Under the pieces are notes generated by a model. It did no database searches. It worked only from the letters and a program-made list of their open reading frames with translations, and was not told the origin of the DNA. This document shows, piece by piece, positions 1-11,451 of a stretch of DNA of 50,120 nucleotides (positions within the stretch are counted from its first letter, which is position 1; each line of letters opens with the position of its first letter). Origin of the DNA: Craspedostauros australis (Eukaryota); assembly GCA_030167865.1 (NCBI GenBank), contig JALAGF010004159.1, positions 1-50,120 of the forward strand, in the 5' to 3' direction. The position numbers and the translations under genes are program-made.

Positions 1-270
1 GAGGTGGAAGTGAGTGGATGTTGATGTTATCTGTTGTGGAGGTGAGTGGATGTGGACCGATGCGGATGTGATCTGTTGTGGAGGTGAGTGGATGCAGATG
101 CGGATCAATGTGGACGTGGATCGAGGTGGAAGTGAGTGGATGCGGATGTGATCTGTTGTGGAAGCGAGTGGATACGGATGTGGATCGATGTGGATGTGGA
201 TCGATGCGGATGTGATCTGTTGTGGAGGCGAGTGGACATGGATGTGGATCGATGCGGATGTGAGGTGGCA
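1..270. repeat. Degenerate G/T-rich minisatellite
   Basis: GATGCGGATGTGATCTGTTGTGGA(G/A)G(T/C)GAGTGGA recurs at ~59, ~139 and ~203 among GTGGAT/GATGTG hexamers. It may extend beyond the left edge. Confidence 0.85.
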
Positions 271-1155
271 TTGGTGTTTTCAAGTTTGGTGTTGTCGTCT
301 GCGTTCTCTTGGTGGATGTTGCTGTTGCTGTCGCTGTTGCTGTTGCTGTTGCTTCTGTTGTTGCTGGCGGCGTCGCTGCGCGGTTGGCGTTTCCGTCTGG
401 CATCCATCCCACCTTCTGCCAAGAGAAATGGACACGCAGAATGATGCTGGTCACACCGAAACAAACCAATTTTCCTTGTTCGGAACACCCCAAAACGATC
501 ACATTCTTTGGCGCAGACACCCAACACAACTGTCCAACACAGAAGCTGAATACCACGAACGGTCGCTGTACGCATTAAAATGACGTTTTGGAAATATTGA
601 AACGGTACCGAAGCTGTTCCCAACGCCTCCTTCAAAATGTTTGAAATTGAATGTAACGTGTCAATAACGTCTCAAACACCGTGAACACGATCAAAACACG
701 ACCCAGATCATCGTTGATTGCGAACAGAGGAGAGGAATCGGAACCATCTACTCTACACGTGGAGGACGGACGTCCTCCCGCTTGTGTCAGTCTGAACGTC
801 AACTTGCATTTAGACGTAGCAATGGAACAATGACACCCACTGTACTAGAGGAACACAACAAAGATATAAGAATGAATACTGCCATGATCGGTCCTCCACA
901 TGCATAGGAGAAGTATGGATCAGCTATAGTGGAAGTAGAGACATTGGATTAGATGGAGGAGGTGCACATGGAGAGTGCGTGTGCCAAAATGTTGCCACTA
1001 GTTTGTAAAGCACAGGAACCAGAAGTGAATTTGCGGTTGCAACGTCTGTATGTATCGCGTAGAGCAAAAAACGTGTTGTTTCCACGCAGTGGGGTGTCAT
1101 GTTTGCGTTGGGGTCTGTTTTTTTTGTGATTTTGACCCCCTCTGAGAGGCCCGAA

Positions 1156-1263
1156 ACCTTCCTTGTTCGGAAGGTCCTTCCTTGCAAGGAAGAATCGGCC
1201 TTTTCTGACCCCCCGATCTTCCTTGTTCGGAAGGTGCACTAGAGAACCTTCCTTGTTCGGAAG
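1156..1263. repeat. Cluster of four 16-bp palindromic units CTTCC-N6-GGAAG
   Basis: CTTCCTTGTTCGGAAG at 1158, 1218 and 1248; perfect palindrome CTTCCTTGCAAGGAAG at 1177. Confidence 0.9.
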
Positions 1264-2078
1264 AAAAAAAATCACTATGGATATCAAATCATCTGAATTC
1301 GGCAGTCTCGCTGACGCATTGCAAGAAGAAAAGAAGAAGGGAGGTTGGGAAAGACATGTCGATGACAATGCAGAAGGCAGCCGTCCAGAATGTACCATGC
1401 AACACCCAAGTGAGACATGCTTATCCATAACATTATAGAATACCAACAATATCCTCACGCATGCACAAACAATACTTGTAGAGTAACACACTAACTTTGT
1501 GATAAAATGTTTCATGACCTTTAACAGATGGCATAGTAGTATAATAGGTACGTGGAGTGGAATGCTCTACTCGTACGACTATGTACTCCATCGGCAGATT
1601 GCTCCACAATTCAGGATCTGCATCCCATCTGACAAGCTCCGCCAAACGAATGAAGCATCCGCCAAAGTGACACCAACACCTTCGTCCATTCTACACGACA
1701 AAATCATTGATGAAGTAGTCGAGCTGGTCATTCGCCAAAGTCATTGACGACCGTTACCGTCTCCAAATTTTGACGTGGCCAAATGCTCTCTCGTGGTGAC
1801 AACAGGAAGAGCACAACACGTCGATGACCCACACACGCAGCAAAAATTCGTTCCCTGTTGTGTTGTCGTGTTGTTGAGCATTTGTGAGCGTTCTCACCGT
1901 TGAGCGAAGGACGTTGGCGTTCGCGTGATCTGTTGTTCCCACACTTCCCAAAACTTGGGCGTGTTTCATTTCCGTCCTCCGACCAAAGACACTTTCTGCT
2001 CAGCACAGAGATCACCAGCAACCAGTTCCATTTGAAGATCCAACGTCAACATCCAACACCAGCATCAACAGAGACAAC

Positions 2079-4149
2079 ATGGCAGACCAAAAGGCACTGA
2101 AGAAGAGACTGAAGGTGCTGATGCAGCGGCCTGAGAACCAGGTCTGCTCCGACTGCCCTGAGAAGAAGCCAACTTGGGCTTCGCTCATCGCCCCACCGCC
2201 CGGTGCCCCGCCAGGCACGGAGAAGATCGGAGCATTCTGCTGTCTGGAGTGCTCCGGATCGCACCGTCGTCTCGGTGTGCACATCAGCTTCGTCCGCAGC
2301 ATCAATCTAGATTCCTGTACGTTGCTATTCTCAATATACTCTATATATATTTATAATGGTTCTCTATTGTCATGCGCCACTCTGGTGTGGCTGTGCCATG
2401 ATTGTGCTCTGCTTGCGACGCAGTCATCTTCGTGTCCATCCTCTGCTTTGTTCTCACCATCAGCTTCCATTCCCACTCTCCATTCCTTTACATAATACGA
2501 TACATTATGCTCTACATTACATTGTACACTATACTTCACATAATATTCTATTATACATTGGACTCTGCATTATATAATGCTTGACATAATATTATGCTTC
2601 ACTCTGCCGCATTCATCCGCACAATATTGTTCGATCATCATCAAACGATCACATCAAACGATCACATCAAACCATCTCATCAAATCGAATTGCAGGGAAA
2701 GAATGGGAGGTCCGTGCGATGGAGGCCGGCGGCAACTACCGAGTCAACTCCATCTTCGAGGCCAACCTCGCAGCGTCAGGAAAGAGGAAGCCGAGCAACC
2801 TGGCCAGAGGACAGGAGAGAGAGCGCTTCATCCGCGACAAGTACGAGAGGAGGAAGTACTACAACGGACTCAACTACACCAGGGATGTCCCACCTCCAAG
2901 CGACGGTGAGGCTCCAGGGCAGGGCCAGAGAGCCGCTGCTCAGGGTGCGCGTCCCGGTGCCCCATCGGAGGCGGCACGCAAGCGCGTTGCCAACCGCCAG
3001 GCGCGCATGAAGACAACCCAATCCGGCGACTTGAGCACCAGCAGGAGCGCTCGCAAGCCGCAGATCGCAAGCGCACCCGTATCGGCACCTGTCACTGTCG
3101 ATCTCCTGGATTTCGGCGGTGCAACCACAACCCCGGCGGCACCATCTGCATTTGACACCGATCCATTCGCTGCTCAGCCACCGGCCGCTGCGCCGGCAGT
3201 AGCACCGGCCAGCGATCCGTTCGCAATGCCAGCTGCTCCACCAGCGGCGCCTGTGCCACCAGCACCACCGAAGCCGCAGGTAGGTGGTGACTTTGCCGAT
3301 TTCGCACAAATCGCGAGCAACCCAGCTCCACCGCAGCCGCAGGCACAAGCGAGTGTTCAGTCGAATGCTGGCCAATCCAACTCGGACATCATGGCCCTGT
3401 TCGGTTCGCCAACTCAGGGTGCTGGGGGTTTCGCGATGCCAGGAACCATGATGTCAGGCGCAATGCCAGGCGCGATGCCAGGAATGCCAGCCAATCCGCA
3501 GATGATGGGAATGATGGGCATGAACATGCCTGCAAACATGGGTAACACCGTGGGTGCGAATATGGGTGCCAACAAGATCAATGGCGTTCCGGGCATGCCG
3601 CAACAGGCACCGCAGCAGCCATCGATCAATCCAGCAGTTGCTGCCAACAAACCAGCGGCTGCTCCTGTGTCGGCGAACAATGCCATGCCGGCGATGAACC
3701 CAATGCAGATGCAGCAGATGATGATGCAGATGGGAATGATGAACCCTCAGATGATGGCGATGATGGGCAATATGAACGGCATGCAGCAGGCCCAACAGCA
3801 GCCACAGAAGCAGCAACAACAACCAACACCGGCTGCGATGATGCCTGGAATGCAGCAGATGATGGGTGGAATGGCAGCACCGCAGATGCAGCAGCAACAG
3901 AAGCCGCAGCAGTCAAATCCTCAGCAGCAAATGATGATGATGAATATGATGCAGGGCATGCAGCAGATGGGACTCGCCAATGGCGGCGCAGCAGCGCCAC
4001 CAGGTGGAGTCCCCATGCCTCAGGCCCAGCCAATGGCCCCGGTTGTGTCGGATGGTTTTGGTGCACCCATGGGAGCCGGCAACGATGCAGGCGCAGGCAA
4101 TAAGGATGATCCGTTCTCTGCGCTTGGAGGCATGAATGCGTTCCGTTAA
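2079..4149 (+). CDS. ArfGAP, SMAP/AGD5-like; exons 2079-2316, 2696-4149
   Basis: ArfGAP zinc finger CSDC..CLECSGSHRRLGVHISFVRS with the catalytic Arg. GT-AG intron 2317-2695 joins SINLDS-W-KEWEVRAMEAGGN..FIRDKYERRKY in frame. Clathrin box DLLDF, DPF motifs and a Met/Gln-rich tail. Confidence 0.93.
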
Positions 4150-4544
4150 CCTGCACACTGCATGATGTACATTCGACTCTACTATACTATACTTTGCGAT
4201 ATGGGTACACCAAAGGTCACTGCCAAACACAACCGACAACTAGTCCACGTACTTTGCACCATGCACACAACAAGCAAACGAAACATCTAATCAGGCAACA
4301 TCTCAACAATAAACGACAGAACTGTTCTGTTCCTGCCTCCCAGTATAGTTGTATTTACGCCTGGAGCAGAACACACACATGCTCGAGAGACAGAAGTATC
4401 GAGTGTTCGAGCACATGCTACTTGGCTTTTGGATGTGGGGATGCACGGGATGCACCCCATTCAATTCCGTGGACTTGTTGTTTTTCATGATGCACCGTCC
4501 ACACTTGCAACCACCGTACAGTTTCGCCATCGACACTCTACACG

Positions 4545-6233
4545 TTACTTGCAAGTTTCAGACGCCAAACTGATCGTGGCGTGGATCGAGATCATCGAAT
4601 TAGCTTGCTCCTCGCCATTGCGATCGCCAGTCTCAACTTGGTACACCCCATCCTGAACCCCCTGGTTGATGTACACATGCACATCCGTTGGGTTTGGCCA
4701 TGTGATGGAAGGCGATTGCTGCTGCTTCTTATGGACGTTGCTTTGGGAGGAGTCCTGGGACACGGAAAAGTCAATTCCAAATTGGTCCATGAGGCTCTGC
4801 ACTGTCGCGGGAAGCATGGCCGGGATCTCTTCCTGCAGTTTGCGCTGCGCCAGGGCGTACTCGTGCTTGATCTTTTCTCGCTTGGCCAGCACCAAGAGTT
4901 TGGTGAGCGCTTTGTTGTTGCGCACGCGTTCCATCGAGACGGATCTGTTGCTGCCGAGCGCACGCTGCAGCTGCACCTTGCGACGGAAGGTATCGGAATG
5001 TTCCGGTGCGCGTTGCACCGCCGGGCCAATGTCGTGACCAAACACGTTGAAACCCACGATGACGCGCAGTTGCTTTGCTGTTGCGGATGTCGTTGTGGCT
5101 GCAGATGTGGTGTTTGGAGAGGAAGAAGACGACGACGATGACGACGAGGATGACGGTGATGATGCTATGGATTCAATCTCGGAGGACGCATGAGGCAACG
5201 TCCCCTTGTGACAGATGAGCTGATTGAATCGGTATTGGATAGTTTGCATCGAGGACTGATCCAGCGGAGCCCGTTTGGCCTTGTATCCGTGTTGTTGGTA
5301 ATGTTGCAGACCATCCAGCGCCACTTCGAATGCTCCACCCTCTATCCTGGATCTGGTGCATTGCAAGGTTCCCGCCAGAAACGGCGGCACAATGATGTTA
5401 CTTTCGTATCGTATCTGCTCGGCATAGTCTAGATGATACGGAACCTGCGATCCTTCCTTCGCCGCCAGCGCCCAAACGGCCACGCCGTGTGCATTGTGCA
5501 TGAGTGCTTCTTGATTCCAGATTGGTCCCGTGAATGCGCAGGCGTCATCCGCAGAAGCAGTTGGAGCAGTACCAGAAGCAGAAGCAGTATCGCCTGCACT
5601 TGCACTTGGATCTGCACTTGGATCTGCATTTGCATCAGCAGTCCGAAGCGCTGCTGAAGATGCTTGCGATTTCCTGGTCAGGATTTTGCTGGGTCGCATG
5701 GTCGGTGAAGTTGCCAATCGCAGGTAGCGTGCCACAGCTTCTTCAACGATGGGGAGATGCTCGGCAGTCTTCTCGTCGGCATCTTGTCCTGGTGCGTGGT
5801 TGTCATCATCCATGCGTTCCCAGCAACGCTTGACCTGATCCATCGTGACATACTCGCCCCACGGCGTTTGGTTTTCCATCTGCTGCGTGGCTGTCTTGTC
5901 ATACAGCGCATCCACCAGAGAATCCGGCAGCGCATCCCAGAAGATGTGGACCTTGGCTGCGTGATCCTCGCTGTTTCCATCATTTCCATGTTCTGCACCA
6001 TCTGCATCATCTGCACCATCTGCATGTTCTGCACCATCTGCATCCACGGAATACTTGACTGCTGGATACCGAACGAGCCTCGTCGGAAGGTCTCCCTCCT
6101 GCCTCAGGTTCTCGGGGACATGGCCATCGTCGAACTTGGAGAGGACGCCGCCGAAGGATTCAAAGTCGAACGGCGGTTGCCGTGGTGTCGGCTGCGGCGC
6201 TGCTTCTTTGTGCTCGTCCGTTGTTCGCGCCAT
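4545..6233 (-). CDS. Uncharacterised protein, putative 2OG-Fe(II) oxygenase fold
   Basis: Long ORF; first ATG at 6233 (MARTTDE). HxD (PYHLDYAE), GG (IEGGAF), distal His (HKGTLPH) and R-x-x-x-x-x-N (LRVIVGFN) occur in jelly-roll order. The CDS is solid; the function is inferred. Confidence 0.75.
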   Translation of the reverse strand: MARTTDEHKEAAPQPTPRQPPFDFESFGGVLSKFDDGHVPENLRQEGDLPTRLVRYPAVKYSVDADGAEHADGADDADGAEHGNDGNSEDHAAKVHIFWDALPDSLVDALYDKTATQQMENQTPWGEYVTMDQVKRCWERMDDDNHAPGQDADEKTAEHLPIVEEAVARYLRLATSPTMRPSKILTRKSQASSAALRTADANADPSADPSASAGDTASASGTAPTASADDACAFTGPIWNQEALMHNAHGVAVWALAAKEGSQVPYHLDYAEQIRYESNIIVPPFLAGTLQCTRSRIEGGAFEVALDGLQHYQQHGYKAKRAPLDQSSMQTIQYRFNQLICHKGTLPHASSEIESIASSPSSSSSSSSSSSSPNTTSAATTTSATAKQLRVIVGFNVFGHDIGPAVQRAPEHSDTFRRKVQLQRALGSNRSVSMERVRNNKALTKLLVLAKREKIKHEYALAQRKLQEEIPAMLPATVQSLMDQFGIDFSVSQDSSQSNVHKKQQQSPSITWPNPTDVHVYINQGVQDGVYQVETGDRNGEEQANSMISIHATISLASETCK

Positions 6234-7171
6234 GGTTACCAATTCTGGACACAGATGATCGTTGTTTGTGTCTGCTCCAATTGAACAGAGTATAGTAACA
6301 TGGAGTAGATTCCGGCAGATGATCTTCAAAGAGGTGATGGTGGGAGAGTGTCATGCATGGGACCAATGATGAAGAGGCGAACACCAACAGGCGCATGTTG
6401 TTTGCGAATCCTCTCTCTCTTTTGGCGAACGATGCCAACAACCACACCAATCACGAACTCGAGACGCAAGGCGAATCAATGACTGCCGACAAGGAGAAGT
6501 CTTTGCTCTGCACAATCAACAAATGCACTCCTCCCCTCTTCATGGCACAACACAAAACAACATGACACAACGCAATCGCTGAGCAAGATGTTTGATGCAG
6601 CCCACAAGGATGTAGAGTACATGGCATGAGCAACCACTTTGTACCAAAACAGTTGGGTCCTTCCTAGTTCTAGCTTAGTTTGCACACGCTACCGATGTCC
6701 ATCTTGAATGACTCCAGCGTGTCCGCCCACGATACGGAAAATGCTGCCGTGAAATTTGCACGACTCAGTCCTGTTTTCGGAATTGGCACATCGGAGAGGA
6801 CAAACCATCTCCTCCTTGTGGCGCCAACGATAGTACTTGTGCGTACAAAGACCTCGCCATCTCGAGGTTCCGAATGCATGTTCCTCTCGTTGGTCATGTC
6901 GTGCGTTGCACGTTGGTCATCCACGAACGACCGGAGATGCGGATGCGCAAACCATCATCGGCTGCTTTTCCCGTTCCTCCTCCGCCTCTCTGTGTGTGTT
7001 GATGTCTTCTCCATTCTGGTTTCTCCCATGTGAAGTTGATGCCGCAATCACAAACCGAGCAGACCGAAGCACCTTGCCAACACCCGTACTCCAACGAATA
7101 GAACAAGAGACAACGTCCACCAACCAAGGCTTCCGACCAAGTCTTCCGACCAGAGAGCGTGGACCATCACG

Positions 7172-8632
7172 ATGAAACAAAGAGCAACGAGCACAACGTA
7201 CCATGGCCGCAGATCGCGCAATCTGCATCGCTGGGTGGCATGCACGATTCTGTCGGTGCTTTTGGTGGCGACTTGCGAGGACCACGCCATGGCGGAGGCA
7301 GCCGGTTGCAACATGTGCGCCAACAATACGGTCATCGCTCACCCGTCAAGAATCATCCCGAGCTTCGAAGTTGCTGGAACGACCAACCCCACGTGCCAAC
7401 AGGCATTGCTGCATGCGCAGAACCAACTGGACCCTGACACCAGCAGCTGCGATCTCATGCAACATCAAGCCGCGTACTGTGGCTGCCGAGATCCGGATGA
7501 CGATCCCGCATCCGAAGCACCACCAACCAACTACTGTCCGCTGTGCCCCGGTGGAGTGGACGAGCCGACCTTGGGTTCCAAGATCGCACCGGTGGGTGCC
7601 ACTTGCGATGTCCTCAACCAATACCTCGGCTACCAATCGCCGTCCGAATGCAAGAAAGACCGATCCAAGGAGCTCATCAAGAGCTCCTTCCTTTGCGGAT
7701 GTGAGAACGCCGCCAAGCCATCGTGCGTCATGTGTCCCGACGGGACCAACAACCTGAAGTATCCGGACAGGATCGTGCCATTCTACCAAATCGGATCCCT
7801 CACGCAGCCCACCTGTCAGCAGATTGCGGATTCTGCAGCAATCTCAGGAACATCGACGTGCTCATTGCTGCAGGAGCAGGCCCAGTACTGCGGCTGTGCC
7901 GAGATCGAGCCACTCAACAAGTGCTCATTCTGTCCAATCGAAACGGGTGCCGGTGTTTCCACGGAAGTGCCTGCCAATGCGGACCTTGTGACACCGTCAG
8001 GCAGCACGTGCAAGCTTCTCAACAAATACGTGCAATACCAGGATGAAGCGTTCTGCGAATCGAGCCGTTTCGACACGATCCAAGCCTCGGCCTACACTTG
8101 CGGATGCCAGCACGCGGAACCGAAATGCACCCTGTGCCCCAACGGCGATGCGCCGAGGAGGCCCGATTGGAGGTTTGCCAACGATGAAAGAACGTGCGCC
8201 AGCCACGCTCTCACTGTGCAGAGCTCCGACGCATCCACATGCGAGGCGGACAGGACGTTGAATGAGCTCTTCGCATTCCGATGCGATTGCAAAGGAGCGC
8301 AGGTTCCCGAGTGCACCGTCCGCCGCAACGAGGAGATGTGCGTGCCGGATCTGTTCGATGTGGTGCCGCCGGGCAACGAGGAATGCGAGTGCTACTCATT
8401 CTGCGTCCATGCCGACGGTACGCAGGAGTTCCTGCAGTGCGACTTCTTTCCTGGTGCGGACGTGGTGAATTGCACCGGAACCACCGTCACGGGGTGCAAC
8501 CCACGACTGGCCGGCATTTTGCCTTCCGCTGGTTGGAGGGCATCCGTTCGTGCTTCGCTCCTGATGCCTGTTGCAGTCCTCGCCTCCGTTTCCATTCTCA
8601 CCTGGGACATGCTGGTTCCGCATCTTCTATGA
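7172..8632 (+). CDS. Modular Cys-rich secreted or surface-anchored protein
   Basis: 486 aa. N-terminal hydrophobic segment ([15 protein letters not shown]), five CxxC..C..C..C(G/D)C modules, a further Cys domain, and a C-terminal hydrophobic tail after 'PSAG' (GPI-signal-like). Confidence 0.88.
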   Translation: MKQRATSTTYHGRRSRNLHRWVACTILSVLLVATCEDHAMAEAAGCNMCANNTVIAHPSRIIPSFEVAGTTNPTCQQALLHAQNQLDPDTSSCDLMQHQAAYCGCRDPDDDPASEAPPTNYCPLCPGGVDEPTLGSKIAPVGATCDVLNQYLGYQSPSECKKDRSKELIKSSFLCGCENAAKPSCVMCPDGTNNLKYPDRIVPFYQIGSLTQPTCQQIADSAAISGTSTCSLLQEQAQYCGCAEIEPLNKCSFCPIETGAGVSTEVPANADLVTPSGSTCKLLNKYVQYQDEAFCESSRFDTIQASAYTCGCQHAEPKCTLCPNGDAPRRPDWRFANDERTCASHALTVQSSDASTCEADRTLNELFAFRCDCKGAQVPECTVRRNEEMCVPDLFDVVPPGNEECECYSFCVHADGTQEFLQCDFFPGADVVNCTGTTVTGCNPRLAGILPSAGWRASVRASLLMPVAVLASVSILTWDMLVPHLL

Positions 8633-8665
8633 GCCGCATCCAAGAGCTGAATGGATGGACAGACA

Positions 8666-8713
8666 GATGGATGGATGGATGGATGGATGGATGGATGGAT
8701 GGATGGATGGATG
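8666..8713. repeat. (GATG)n microsatellite in the 3' flank
   Basis: About 12 tandem GATG units. Confidence 0.95.
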
Positions 8714-9140
8714 AACAAAAGAATGAAAGCATGAAAGGATGAGAGTTACGACCTTTGTTTCTTGTTTGAGCATTCGAGTGGCAGTATTTTTCAACTAACT
8801 GTGTGTAAGACATGATTCTCGATTGAGCATATAGATAATTTCTGAAGAGAGAGAGAGAGTACAGCGTGTGGCGCAACTATAGTGTTATAGAATGCTTTGC
8901 TCTCTTGATGTTGTTATCTGTATGCTGTTGCTTCACCACGCGGATGGTCTGCGGGTTTGCTGTCCCGTTGCATCTTCCGCATTCTGTTGAGTTCCCTTGC
9001 TTTCCCTGGTTTTGTCGTGAGAAAAAGTGAGATAAAGCAGTCCAATGGGTCAATTGGAGAGATAACCGCCAAACCACTCCCAAATAACCGCCGAATCGCC
9101 AAGAACCCAACACCAAAAACCAAAGAAACCTTTCCGCGAA

Positions 9141-10920
9141 ATGGCGCCAGCAGATCGTGGACGCGCAGCTGCGCCGGTACCACACACTCTAGACACCTGC
9201 TGCTCATGCACAATCATCAACGCCATCTTCGTGCTCGGACGAGTATTGATGGTTGGTTGCGCCGCACTCGTGCTTGCAGAGGAGAGAGCCGCCGCACAGA
9301 AGAGGAAGAGCGCACACGAGCGCATCAGGAGCAGCAGCAGAGGTTATGGCAGATAGTTACATGGACAGTGGGCACGGTGGAATCCCAGCCGCTGAAGGCG
9401 TCAACGTCGGAAGCGGCCAGCGCAAGGAGATCTACACCTACCAGGCGCCATGGACGGTCTTTTCGATGGCCTGGAGCAGAAGGTGAGTCTGGCTATCTTC
9501 CATCCTGCTGTGTTCTGACGGCCGCTTGCCATGATTGCGACGATTGTGATGAATGCAGTACTTGTGAGGCGTGGCAGGCACGTTTGCGAGGTTGGATAGA
9601 CTCCTACTCCAGAAGAATCGTAGCCGTTGACAATACACAATCTCACAGAAGCCCTCCAACCTTTCATCCTATTACATAATCTATCATGTGTAATGCTCTT
9701 TGCAACCATTCTCATGCATCGCTCAGGCAAGACCCTTCATCGCAGTTCCGCCTTGCGATCGGTTCGTACGTTGAGCAGTATTCGAATGCGGTGGCCATCA
9801 TCAAGAAGAATTCATCATCGGATGATCAGGGGAGCCTGTACAAGGCGGCGGAGTTTGATCATCCGTATCCATGCACGAAGCTGATGTGGAGCCCTGACGT
9901 GCGGATCGGAGCACCGGACCTGCTTGCAACGACGGGGGATTACCTGAGGGTGTGGAGCGTGCATGATGACGACGCGAGCAGAGGGACGTGCACCGTGAAG
10001 AAGCAGGCCCTGCTCAACAACAACAAGACGAGCGAGTACTGCGCGCCGTTGACTTCGTTTGATTGGAACGACGCGGATCCCAACATGATCGGAACCTCCA
10101 GCATCGACACCACCTGCACGATATGGGATCTCACGACGCAGACGGCGCGGACGCAGCTCATAGCGCACGATCGAGAGGTATTCGATCTGGCGTTCGCGAG
10201 GGGCAAGGACGTCTTCGCATCCGTGGGTGCCGACGGGTCCGTGCGCATGTTCGATCTCAGAAGTTTGGCGCACTGCACCATCATTTACGAGAGTCCGGAT
10301 TTGGAACCGCTGTTGCGTTTGGAATGGAACAAGCAGGATCCGAACTACCTGGCCACCTTCTCGGCGGAATCGAGGCGGACGACCATCCTGGACATTCGGG
10401 TACCGTCCGTGCCCGTGGCAGAATTGAGCGGGCATCTGGGGACCGTGAATGCGACGGCTTGGGCACCGCATTCGCCGTGTCACATCTGCACGGCCGGGGA
10501 TGACTCGCAGGCGCTGATATGGGATCTGGCGGCCATGCCCAAGCGTTCCGTCGATGATCCCATCCTGGCGTATAGCGCGGACGGGGAGATCAACAACCTG
10601 CAATGGAGCGCCAGCCAACCGGATTGGGTGTCCATCGCATTCCGCGATAAGATGCAAATACGTGAGTCCTTTCTTGTTGATCTTGGGCTTTGTGTTGTTT
10701 GGTTGGTTACGCTGCGTTGCGTTGTGGCATGCCATCATGCTGCAGTGAATGATATGATCAGCGGCAAGTTGGAAACATGCGCTCACACTATACTTCCTTG
10801 TTGAACTTCCAATCGCTGCTGCATTTCTTTTCTCCCATTTCGTATCGTCATCGTCTTTGCGATGGCCAACTCCTGACTCCTGGTTGCAATTGGTCGTTCA
10901 CGATCTCAGTGAGAGTGTAG
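9141..10920 (+). CDS. DCAF7: WD40 protein DCAF7/WDR68 (AN11/LWD-like); exons 9141-9176(?), 9280-9482, 9727-10661, 10910-10920
   Basis: EIYTYQAPW, FDHPYPCTKLMW, YCAPLTSFDWND, TSSIDTTCTIWD, QLIAHDREVFD. Introns 9483-9726 and 10662-10909 restore the frame and the conserved end QILRV*. The first exon is tentative (phase-0 intron 9177-9279); an alternative start is ATG 9346. Confidence 0.93.
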
Positions 10921-11451
10921 AGCGCCAAGAGGAACGCGTCTCATCATGGCAATGCTCGCCGCATACAGAACAATCCAGCATAACGCAGTACAATGCAGTG
11001 CAGCTCAGATGTACAGTAAGGTTAATATCATGTACTATACTGTAATACACCATTCCAAGATAGCAATGCCACAACTTGCAAACGAATGTACAAAAAAGCA
11101 AGTGAATGTGAAGCTCTCGAACGGTGATCTCTGGAGTGCGACTACGAGTGGAGGATGCAGAGGGTTGGTGCCGAGGAGCAATTGGCGCCAGTCTGATTTG
11201 GGATGATTCGCTTTGCCCCAAGGTTGGCGGTCCGGTGAGTCAGCGGATGCGTCCCCTTCGCTTGTTTTGGGCCATCAGAAGATGATCATGTCATCATGTG
11301 CAGAGCCTGCTCAACAAATCATTCTATTCATTGCACAAACACACGATAGCCATCATCCATGTTCCATCTTTACAAGTGCTGTATGGACATTGGAATAGTA
11401 GTAGCACACTCACACGAAGGTATTATATTATAGAATATTATACAACACACG

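Noticed and set aside
105..635. ORFs of 89-176 aa on both strands
   Set aside because: They are products of the minisatellite and GCTGTT low-complexity sequence, with no domain signal.
1156..1263. CRISPR-like array of palindromic repeats
   Set aside because: The repeats are only 16 bp, spacers are 3, 25 and 14 nt, there are no cas genes, and the context is eukaryotic.
8957..9679. 240-aa ORF upstream of DCAF7
   Set aside because: Non-ATG start, and it overlaps the DCAF7 exons and introns in another frame.
9815..10786. 323-aa minus-strand ORF
   Set aside because: Antisense shadow of GC3-rich DCAF7.
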